Shown here piece by piece: positions 1 to 7,695 of a stretch of 64,000 bases of DNA (position 1 is the stretch's first letter; each line of letters starts with the position of its first letter). A model generated the notes under the pieces. The model was given only the letters and a program-made list of their open reading frames with translations. It was not told the origin of the DNA and did no database searches. The DNA is taken from assembly GCA_965203805.1 (NCBI GenBank), contig OZ241917.1, positions 4,032,001-4,096,000 of the forward strand, given 5' to 3'. Position numbers and translations under genes: made by a program. The stretch is from Candidatus Latescibacterota bacterium (GTDB lineage Bacteria; Latescibacterota; UBA2968; GCA-2709665).

Positions 1-177
1 CAGGACCAGGAAAACCAGGAGCCGATGAAAGCCACGGAAGAACTGGGAAGGGTTCTGGTGGAGGCCGCGGTTCAGAAAACTGTCGAATACCTCCAGGGTA
101 TGATCGACGCCGCGAACCGCGAGATACAACCTCACGTCTATTCCAAGGAAATGCACGCCGAACAGGCGAAGAAATAG
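1..177 (+). CDS. 3' end of a gene, possibly creatininase/amidohydrolase family (partial)
   Basis: Frame 1 is open from the window edge to TAG at 175-177: ...PMKATEELGRVLVEAAVQKTVEYLQGMI..., which resembles the ATxExG C-terminal helix of creatininase-family proteins. Confidence 0.45.
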   Translation, partial: QDQENQEPMKATEELGRVLVEAAVQKTVEYLQGMIDAANREIQPHVYSKEMHAEQAKK

Positions 178-213
178 CCTTCAGGCAGCGAGAACTTCCG
201 GAGAGGATGAACA

Positions 214-1455
214 ATGACCGTCGAACGGGCCAGATACGGGGCCGATGCCGCCGCGGGGTTGGCCGGCACGCTGCCCCAGCCCTTTCCGCGCACCATCGGA
301 CCCAACGCAATGACCTACCTCCAGGAGGTGGTCGACTCGGGTCTTACGTGCAACATGATCGGGCGATTCGAGGACGCATTCGCCGAAGAGATGGGTGTGA
401 AGCACTGCATCGCCACGCCGGGTTGCACGCCGGCACTCGCTGTTCTGGCGTGCGCATTGGCGTTTGATCCGGGGGACGAGATCATTGTCAGTTCCGTCAC
501 GGACTACGGGTCCGTGCAGGGGCTTATCAGAGAGAATTATATCCCGGTCTTCGCGGACACCGATGCCGGGACGCTGGTCAGCAGCGCGGAAACGATAGAA
601 CCCTGTATCACGGATCGCACGCGCGCGATTCTGGTTGTGCACATGACCGGAACGATCTGCGATATGGACCCCATAGTCGAACTCGCCGGCAAACACGGTC
701 TCGTCGTCTATGAAGACGTCTGCCAGGCTGTCTTCGGGGAATACAAGGGTCGGTTGGCGGGGGCTCTGTCCGATGCGGGCGCTTTTTCCTTCGATTCCGA
801 AAAAACCATGGGTTCGGACGTTGGCGGCTGCGTCGTGACCAACGACGACGACCTGGCCGAACGCATGCGATTCATCGGCCATAGCCGCGGCGGCCAGATG
901 CTCGAGGGGTTCGGCCGGCAGCACGTCGTGCCCGGGTTCGCCCACCGCATGCCCCAGTGCACCGCCGCCATCTCCCTGGCGCAGCTCGAGATCATCCGTC
1001 CCAACGTGGAGCGGCGCGACCGGATGGTCCGCCTGCTCACGGAAATACTGGAGGAAATCCCGGGCATTACCCCGCTTCCGATTCCGGATTACATGGACGT
1101 CTACTCCTGCTGGATGACCGGCTTCAGCGTCGACCCCGACGCGTTCACCTGTACCCCGGATGAATTCGCGCAACAGGTCGCGGACGGGGGAATTCCCGGT
1201 ACGGGGACGGGACGTTATTACCTGATGCCCCCGGCCCTGCCATTCCTTGCCGAGAAAGCGGAACAGAAGCTGTATCCCTATTCCACGCCCCCCGCTTCCC
1301 GGGCCTATTCGTACCGCGGGGATACATGCCCGAATGCAAAGCGCTTTCTGGAGTCCTTCGTCCGCTGGACTTCGTTCTGCGAACGATATGAACCCGAACA
1401 CTGCGAACTCGCCGCGCAGATTGTCAGGGAAGTAGCCGATAGGAATCGCGCATAA
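214..1455 (+). CDS. DegT/DnrJ/EryC1/StrS-family PLP-dependent aminotransferase
   Basis: 413 aa; motifs FEDAFAEEMGVKHCIA, VVHMTG, VYEDVCQA, and SFDSEKT carrying the PLP lysine; RBS GAGGA upstream. Confidence 0.9.
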   Translation: MTVERARYGADAAAGLAGTLPQPFPRTIGPNAMTYLQEVVDSGLTCNMIGRFEDAFAEEMGVKHCIATPGCTPALAVLACALAFDPGDEIIVSSVTDYGSVQGLIRENYIPVFADTDAGTLVSSAETIEPCITDRTRAILVVHMTGTICDMDPIVELAGKHGLVVYEDVCQAVFGEYKGRLAGALSDAGAFSFDSEKTMGSDVGGCVVTNDDDLAERMRFIGHSRGGQMLEGFGRQHVVPGFAHRMPQCTAAISLAQLEIIRPNVERRDRMVRLLTEILEEIPGITPLPIPDYMDVYSCWMTGFSVDPDAFTCTPDEFAQQVADGGIPGTGTGRYYLMPPALPFLAEKAEQKLYPYSTPPASRAYSYRGDTCPNAKRFLESFVRWTSFCERYEPEHCELAAQIVREVADRNRA

Positions 1456-1485
1456 ACACCGGGCGGCGGAGACGAGGAGGTCCGG

Positions 1486-2541
1486 ATGTCGGAAACACGC
1501 TATCGGGAAATCGAAGTCTCCGGTTCGCCGGTAGAGATGGGGCGACAGATCGGCGAGGCCGCCCGCAACGAAATCCGCGGCTTTGTGGATATCGCGCTCG
1601 AACGCGTAAACAAGAACGTTTCGGTATCGGTGGACAAAGCCATGTCCGTTGCCCGCGACTGCATGCCGTATGTAGAGCGATATGCGCCCCACCATCTGGA
1701 GGAGATGCGCGGCATGTCCGAATCCTCCGGCGTCTCGCTCGACGACCTCATGATGCTTCAGATCCGCAATCAGCTTCAGGCCGACGCGGATTCCGGCTGC
1801 ACGTCATTTTCAGTCGCCACGCCCGCCGGAACGGGCAACATTGTGGGCCAGAATTGGGACAACGACCCGGCGCTGAACCCCTTTACCATCGTTCTCACCC
1901 GCCGTCCGGAAGGCATGCCCGCCCTCCTGAATATCACCCAGGCCGGCATTATCGCTTACATCGGCCTGAACAGCGAAGGCATCGGGCTTTGCCTGAATAC
2001 CCTGCCCGCGCCCTCCCGACTCCTGGGCGTTCCGCACTACTTCACCGTCCGCGGCATTTACGAAACCCTGACCATGGAAGACGCCGTTCAGGCCGTACGC
2101 CGGGCAAAGCGCGCCATACCCGCCAACATCATCCTCGCGACGCCGCAGGGGCCGGCGGACCTGGAGGTTACCCTGGACAACGTGCACGTAATCCGGGACG
2201 ACGGGGTGGGCTTGGTGACCCATACCAACCACTGCGAGCATCCGGAACTGGCGCATAACAATGACGTCTTCCCTGAACTCATCCAGTCGGGCGGGCGCAA
2301 GATCCGAATCCAGAAGCTCTTCAGCGACATGGAACGTCCCTTTGCGATAAAGAGCCTGAAAGCCGCCCTGAGCGATCATGAAGACCACCCCACCTCCATC
2401 TGCCGCCATCCCAACGATCATCCCACGACCGGGTATTGGGCGACCGCGTTCTCCGTGATTATCGAAACCGATACCCGCCGCATGCACGTGAGCAAGAACA
2501 ACCCCTGCCAGAACCCGTATGAGACCTATGCGCTGAACTGA
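1486..2541 (+). CDS. Peptidase C45 / acyl-CoA:6-APA acyltransferase-like Ntn hydrolase
   Basis: 351 aa; GCTS autoproteolysis site, GQNWD, GLNSEGIG and HTNH motifs; RBS GAGGAGG. Confidence 0.88.
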   Translation: MSETRYREIEVSGSPVEMGRQIGEAARNEIRGFVDIALERVNKNVSVSVDKAMSVARDCMPYVERYAPHHLEEMRGMSESSGVSLDDLMMLQIRNQLQADADSGCTSFSVATPAGTGNIVGQNWDNDPALNPFTIVLTRRPEGMPALLNITQAGIIAYIGLNSEGIGLCLNTLPAPSRLLGVPHYFTVRGIYETLTMEDAVQAVRRAKRAIPANIILATPQGPADLEVTLDNVHVIRDDGVGLVTHTNHCEHPELAHNNDVFPELIQSGGRKIRIQKLFSDMERPFAIKSLKAALSDHEDHPTSICRHPNDHPTTGYWATAFSVIIETDTRRMHVSKNNPCQNPYETYALN

Positions 2542-2591
2542 TCGGTACCGCGCCGGAACGTACCGCGCCCGGTATTCCGGGAACCCCGTCC

Positions 2592-4463
2592 ATGTCTCTC
2601 ACGCCCAGGCAGATCGAACACGCGCTTTCGCGCAAACTCCTGCGCAACCGGCACACCCGCATCATGATGGACTATTATGCGGAAAAGCTGCCGCGCCTGG
2701 AAACGCCTGTGTCCCCCGCGGAATGGAAGAAGCGAACCGCCAGAATTCGCCGGGACCTGCTGAAGAAAGTCTACCTGACCGGCCTGGATCCGGCCGTCAA
2801 CGATCGCCCGCCGTCGGTCCGGTGGCGAGGCGCCCTCAAGGGCAACGGCTATCGCATCCGGAAACTCCACTACGAAGGATATCCGGGCATGCGGATCCCG
2901 GCGCTGCTCTACGAGCCCGAGAATCTCAAGGGCAAGGTCCCGGCCGTGCTCAACCCGAACGGTCACCATCGCGGCGGCAAGGCCATGGACTACAAGCAGG
3001 CGCGGTGCATCAACCTGGCCAGACGCGGCATGCTCGCCCTGAACTTCGAATTTATCGGCATGGGGGAACTTCAGGGTTCGCTCAACCACATGCACCAGGC
3101 CCACATCGACCTGTGCGGCGTGGCCGGCGTCAGCGCCATGTACCTGGCCATGAAACGCGGACTGGACGTTCTGCTCGCGCACGAAAATGCCGATCCGAAA
3201 AGGGTGGCCATGACCGGCCTCTCGGGCGGCGGGTGGCAGACCGCCGTGCTCACGGCGATCGATGAACGCATTGGCGTCAGCGTGCCGGTTTCCGGGCACT
3301 CCCCGATCTGGCACCGGGCGACGAAACGATGGCAGGACCACGGCGACCTGGAACAGACGCCGGTCGATCTCTGCACCGTGGCGGACTACGACACCCTCAC
3401 CGCGATGTTCGCGCCCCGTCCGGCGCTGCTTGTCCACAGTGTAAACGACGGGATTTTCCGCCCGGAATTCATGCGGCCGGCCCTGTATACGCCCGCACGA
3501 AGGGTATACGAGCGGCTCGGCGTATCCGATCGAATCGGGTTTTACGCGAACGAAGATCCGGGCACGCACAACTACGAGAAGGATATCCGCGAGCAACTGT
3601 ACAAGTTTCTGAAACGCGCGTGGGATCTGGATATTTCGACTGAAGACATCCCCTGTGACGACGAGATACGCTCCGAATGGGAGCTCAACGTCGGGCTGCC
3701 GCCGGGAAACCCCACGTACCTCTCGATAGCCGGCGACCTCGCCGGACGCCTGCCCGTGAAACGGTCGACTGCCGGTACAAAGGAGCAGGATCGCAGACGC
3801 CTCGCCAGGGTGCTGCGACTACCGCCCGAGTACACCGTCGAGCCGCGAGCCGTCCGCAAACCGCGAACGCTCGCTGGCGTACGGATCTCGCACCATATCC
3901 TGGAGATGGGCCGCTGGAACGTCCCCGTCACGGAATTCGATCCGCCGGATTCGAACGACGTCCTGCTCATCCTCCCGGATAACGGTCGTGCCGGTGCAGC
4001 GAGGAGTGTGGACAACGCGCTTCAGGCCGGCAAACGCGTTTTCGTGGCAGACCTGCTCGCGTTCGGCGAGCAGGTTATCGCCGACGGCGCCTACCACTAC
4101 CTCTTCATGGAGTGCATTGCCGCGGCTGGCGACCGTCCCCTGGGCATCTGCACGACCCAGTTGCTCGCCCTCCGACGCTGGATCGAGTCGACCTCCGGCG
4201 GCAGTTCCCTAAATATTACCGCGCATGGCCTCTCCACCGGCCTGATCGCTCTCAGTGCGTCGGCCCTGCGGCCGCGGGGCGTCGACGCACTCAGCGCCAA
4301 CCTTCCGGACACGCTGCGCCGGCTCGTCGACTGGAGCATCGACTACACGGACGAGCCTGTCCCGTTCTGTTTCGGCCTGCTCGAACAGTTCGATATCGAA
4401 GACCTGATCGTGCTTTCCGATCCGGTGGATATTCTTATCGACGGTCGCGGACCGATGCGTTGA
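2592..4463 (+). CDS. Alpha/beta hydrolase (acetylxylan esterase/dienelactone hydrolase-like) with a second, degenerate hydrolase domain
   Basis: 623 aa; PAVLNPNGH, nucleophile elbow MTGLSGGG, and GTHNY His; the C-terminal half repeats the fold with AHGLSTG. Confidence 0.8.
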   Translation: MSLTPRQIEHALSRKLLRNRHTRIMMDYYAEKLPRLETPVSPAEWKKRTARIRRDLLKKVYLTGLDPAVNDRPPSVRWRGALKGNGYRIRKLHYEGYPGMRIPALLYEPENLKGKVPAVLNPNGHHRGGKAMDYKQARCINLARRGMLALNFEFIGMGELQGSLNHMHQAHIDLCGVAGVSAMYLAMKRGLDVLLAHENADPKRVAMTGLSGGGWQTAVLTAIDERIGVSVPVSGHSPIWHRATKRWQDHGDLEQTPVDLCTVADYDTLTAMFAPRPALLVHSVNDGIFRPEFMRPALYTPARRVYERLGVSDRIGFYANEDPGTHNYEKDIREQLYKFLKRAWDLDISTEDIPCDDEIRSEWELNVGLPPGNPTYLSIAGDLAGRLPVKRSTAGTKEQDRRRLARVLRLPPEYTVEPRAVRKPRTLAGVRISHHILEMGRWNVPVTEFDPPDSNDVLLILPDNGRAGAARSVDNALQAGKRVFVADLLAFGEQVIADGAYHYLFMECIAAAGDRPLGICTTQLLALRRWIESTSGGSSLNITAHGLSTGLIALSASALRPRGVDALSANLPDTLRRLVDWSIDYTDEPVPFCFGLLEQFDIEDLIVLSDPVDILIDGRGPMR

Positions 4464-4497
4464 CGCTGCAGCACCCGGCACTTCCCGGCCGGCTCTA

Positions 4498-5307
4498 ATG
4501 TGTCGTCGTCGATCCAGAAAGGCAATTGCAGTGTCTGATTCCGCAACCATCCATCTGGACGCGCGCTATTACCGCGCGCTGCCCATCGACAGTCCCGGGT
4601 ACGAATCGGTCACGTTCGAACTTCCCGTCCGGCGAACGGCGCTCATCGGCATGCACTGTTGGAATATCGGCTGTCCCGACGGGCCTCCCCTGAACATGGA
4701 CTACTGCGTGGATCTGGGCTGGCCCGAGGCTACGGCGGAAGGGTACCGCATCATGTGCGAGGTGATGCGCCCCGCCATGGATGCGGCGCGGTCGATCGGA
4801 CTGCCCGTGGTACACGTGGAAGCCGATTGGATGGACGAACAATACCCGCATATTCCGTCCAGACGTGACAAGACGAATGTCTGGAAGCCTGCAGGACGCC
4901 AGAAGGAGATGCTGGACCGCGCGCATGGCCCCGACTATATGAAACACTCGCCGCTCGCAAAAATGCGGCGGGCCGAAATTGTGTCTCCCGTCGGCGACGA
5001 GCCGATGGTCTTCTACACCGACACCCTGGACGCAACCCTGAAAGCGAACGACATCGATACCCTCATCTACACCGGATTCGCGGCCGATATGTGCGTGCTG
5101 GGCTCCGAGGGCGGCGGGCAGGCGATGCTCTCCCGAGGGTACCGCTGTATCCTGATGCGCGACGGTACGGTGGGCGTGGAACGTCCGGATACCTTCGACG
5201 AACGCCTTGCCACACGCTACGGCATTCACATCTTTGAATGGAAGATCGGGTACAGCACCACGTTCGAAGCGTTCATGACGGCGGCCGAAACCGGTAGACG
5301 AGCCTGA
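4498..5307 (+). CDS. Isochorismatase-like cysteine hydrolase
   Basis: RTALIGMHCWN, ARSIGLPVVHV, LKANDIDTLIYTGFAADMCV and GYRCILMRDGT pattern; true start may be the GTG at about 4531. Confidence 0.75.
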   Translation: MCRRRSRKAIAVSDSATIHLDARYYRALPIDSPGYESVTFELPVRRTALIGMHCWNIGCPDGPPLNMDYCVDLGWPEATAEGYRIMCEVMRPAMDAARSIGLPVVHVEADWMDEQYPHIPSRRDKTNVWKPAGRQKEMLDRAHGPDYMKHSPLAKMRRAEIVSPVGDEPMVFYTDTLDATLKANDIDTLIYTGFAADMCVLGSEGGGQAMLSRGYRCILMRDGTVGVERPDTFDERLATRYGIHIFEWKIGYSTTFEAFMTAAETGRRA

Positions 5308-5344
5308 ACCTTAACTCACGAAGCGAAACGGAAAGGGATATTCG

Positions 5345-6337
5345 ATGGCCCTCCGGATCTGCAATTGGAAACACGGAAAGCAATGGGTCTACTCCATCAC
5401 GTACGACGAAGCGCTGATCGAGTTGCACGAACGCGCCGTGCCCATCCACGAAGAATACAACGTTCCCGGGCATTTGGAGGCGGTGGCCGGCCATATCGGC
5501 GAGATCCGGCAACTCGGCAACTCGAGCTACAACGGGTTCCGGCATATGACCGGCGAAGAAATGCGAGAGATGGTGGATCGGGGCTGGGGTGTGGGCAACC
5601 ACTCATGGAGCCACGAAGTGATCCGGCCGGATATGCTGGACAGGGAATTGCGCGAGGCCAAGGAGGTGCTGGAAGAGGCCATTGACGGTCCGGTGGACCT
5701 CTACTGCTCGCCCGGCAACAACACCAATATGGCGGACCACGTCCTGGCTGCATGCCGGGAGTATGGCTATCTGGGAGCGATGAGTCTCACGGACGCCCTC
5801 AACCGCCCGGGCGACGAAGGCTTCTGGCTGAACCGCACCGCGCTGCACGACCAGTTCTACGAGCCCTTCTACAGCGAGTTCGATCCATTCCGGAACATAC
5901 GCCATGCGCAGAGGGACAGCGGATGGATCATCGACTATTGCCACTGTCCGCTGGATGAGGCCGTCCACCGGAACAAAGACTGCAGCGCGGAACAGCTTCG
6001 GAGGCGTTTTGAAGCGGTTCTCGGCGAAGGCGGGGACGACGTCTGGTGCGCGGTTCCGGAAGAAGCCGTCTTCTATCACCTGACTCGTCGCCACGCCGAG
6101 ATCGCCACCGTGGCGAACACCGCCGATGAAAAGAGTTATCGGCTGAATCTGCACGAACTGTCCGATCGGGTCACCTGCCGTGCGCTGACTTTGGACGCCG
6201 ACGTGCCCGCGGCCTGGTGCCGGTATCCCCGCGTCCGCGTCAACGATCAGCCCATGCCCGCCTCGCTCGTCGGCCCGGGCGTCCTGCGAATCACGGTTGA
6301 CGTCACGGACGGGATGGAGTTGACGTATTCCGCGTAG
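5345..6337 (+). CDS. Polysaccharide deacetylase (NodB/CE4-like)
   Basis: SITYDE motif 1 and GNHSWSH metal-binding motif. Confidence 0.8.
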   Translation: MALRICNWKHGKQWVYSITYDEALIELHERAVPIHEEYNVPGHLEAVAGHIGEIRQLGNSSYNGFRHMTGEEMREMVDRGWGVGNHSWSHEVIRPDMLDRELREAKEVLEEAIDGPVDLYCSPGNNTNMADHVLAACREYGYLGAMSLTDALNRPGDEGFWLNRTALHDQFYEPFYSEFDPFRNIRHAQRDSGWIIDYCHCPLDEAVHRNKDCSAEQLRRRFEAVLGEGGDDVWCAVPEEAVFYHLTRRHAEIATVANTADEKSYRLNLHELSDRVTCRALTLDADVPAAWCRYPRVRVNDQPMPASLVGPGVLRITVDVTDGMELTYSA

Positions 6338-6365
6338 ATCCAATCCCGGAACGGCATGCGAAACA

Positions 6366-6944
6366 GTGACTGCAGAAGCCCCGAAAATGGACGGTTTCCC
6401 GGGTCACGACCTTCACCTTGAGACAGCGCGCCTGAACCTGCGGCCGTTTGAGGCGGCGGATTTCGATCTGGCGGTTCCGTTTTATCAGGACCCGGACTTC
6501 CTGAATGCAATGGAAGCAGAGCCGCCCGAGGCGCCCGTTACCCGCGACTATCTGGAGGGCGCGGGCAGGGCGATGGCGGCGCAGGGGTTCCTGTTCGCCA
6601 TTGTCGAAAAAGAGTCCGGCCGCACCATCGGCGAAGTGTGTCTGCAGTGGATGAATCTGGACCGCGGGAGGATTCCGGGCGAGAAAGTTATGCGCCTGCC
6701 GATCGGGATCTGGGACAAGTCGCTGTGGGGTCGCGGCTACGGAAAAGAAGTGGCGCGTTGTCTGATCACGTATGCGTTTGAAGAACTGAAAATCGATCGC
6801 TTCTGCCCGATGGACGTGTGCACGGACAATGCACGATCGGTAGCGCTGTGGCGGTCGCTTGGCCTCACCGTCGCGAGGGAAGTGGATGGCGGCAATGTGC
6901 TGGACTTCGAGATCACACGCGAGGACTATGGGCGGATGACGTGA
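6366..6944 (+). CDS. GNAT acetyltransferase, RimJ/RimL family
   Basis: LETARLNLRPF N-terminus, WGRGYGKE acetyl-CoA motif, and N.RS.ALW..LG. Confidence 0.85.
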   Translation: MTAEAPKMDGFPGHDLHLETARLNLRPFEAADFDLAVPFYQDPDFLNAMEAEPPEAPVTRDYLEGAGRAMAAQGFLFAIVEKESGRTIGEVCLQWMNLDRGRIPGEKVMRLPIGIWDKSLWGRGYGKEVARCLITYAFEELKIDRFCPMDVCTDNARSVALWRSLGLTVAREVDGGNVLDFEITREDYGRMT

Positions 6945-6954
6945 GAAAACCTGA

Positions 6955-7695
6955 AAGCGGTGAGACGTAAGAGGGTAGACGGCAGATGAAGACGGTGAGA
7001 GGGTAGAGGTGAGACGTTAGATGACGTCCTTGCCTGATTGGATCTTACTTTATGCCTGCGGCAAGAAATGAAACCGTACAGGGCACACAATATCTCCCGT
7101 CTCACGTCTTACGTCTCACCGCTCTTCGGGCACTCACGGTATCTCCCGTCTCACGTCTTACGTCTACCCGTTCTTCAGGCACCCACATCATCTCACGTCT
7201 CCCCTCTCACCGCCACCGACCTACCCCCTATCCCCCTTCCCGGGGGGAAGGGGGGAACTGTGATCCTCTCGCAGTGTCCTGGTTGTCTCCCCCTCTCCCC
7301 CCGGGAGAGGGGGCTGGGGGGAGAGGTCTGCGCATCCGCGACGTAATGTCGCCCGGCCGTATCGATGTCCGGTGGACGCAGGGTTGTCATCTCCCGTCTC
7401 CCCGCCTTTAAGGAATTTGGGGAGATGTGGAAGTTGAATTTGATTTACGGCTTGTTGGTTTTCGCTTTTGCTTCTAGCTGACTGCCGAACGCTGACCGCT
7501 GATTGCTGTCTGTTTCCCTTAGTGTCTTGGTGTCTTTGTGTGAGTAGATTTAGCCCTCGTCTCCGCGCATGGATCGAGGTAAAGTTCTCTATCGTCTTCC
7601 ATCTCCCGTATTCCGTCACTGCCTCTCCTGGTTGCCCGTCTTTGGGTTGTTTCCGGTTTTCTTAGTGTCTTCGCGTCTTTGTGTGAGTAGATTTA
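6955..7695. repeat. Mosaic intergenic repeat tract A (heptamer runs, 49-bp tandem units, purine/pyrimidine hairpins, 35-bp direct repeat)
   Basis: TCTCACG-type heptamers in units starting at 7091, 7140 and 7189; hairpins at 7221-7258 and 7286-7328; CTTAGTGTCTT..GTCTTTGTGTGAGTAGATTTA at 7518-7552 and 7661-7695. Confidence 0.85.

Noticed and set aside
7091-7212. Possible CRISPR array (also considered for 29131-29321)
   Set aside because: Only 2-3 degenerate units, the repeats are internally heptameric, the spacers are not unique, and no cas genes are present
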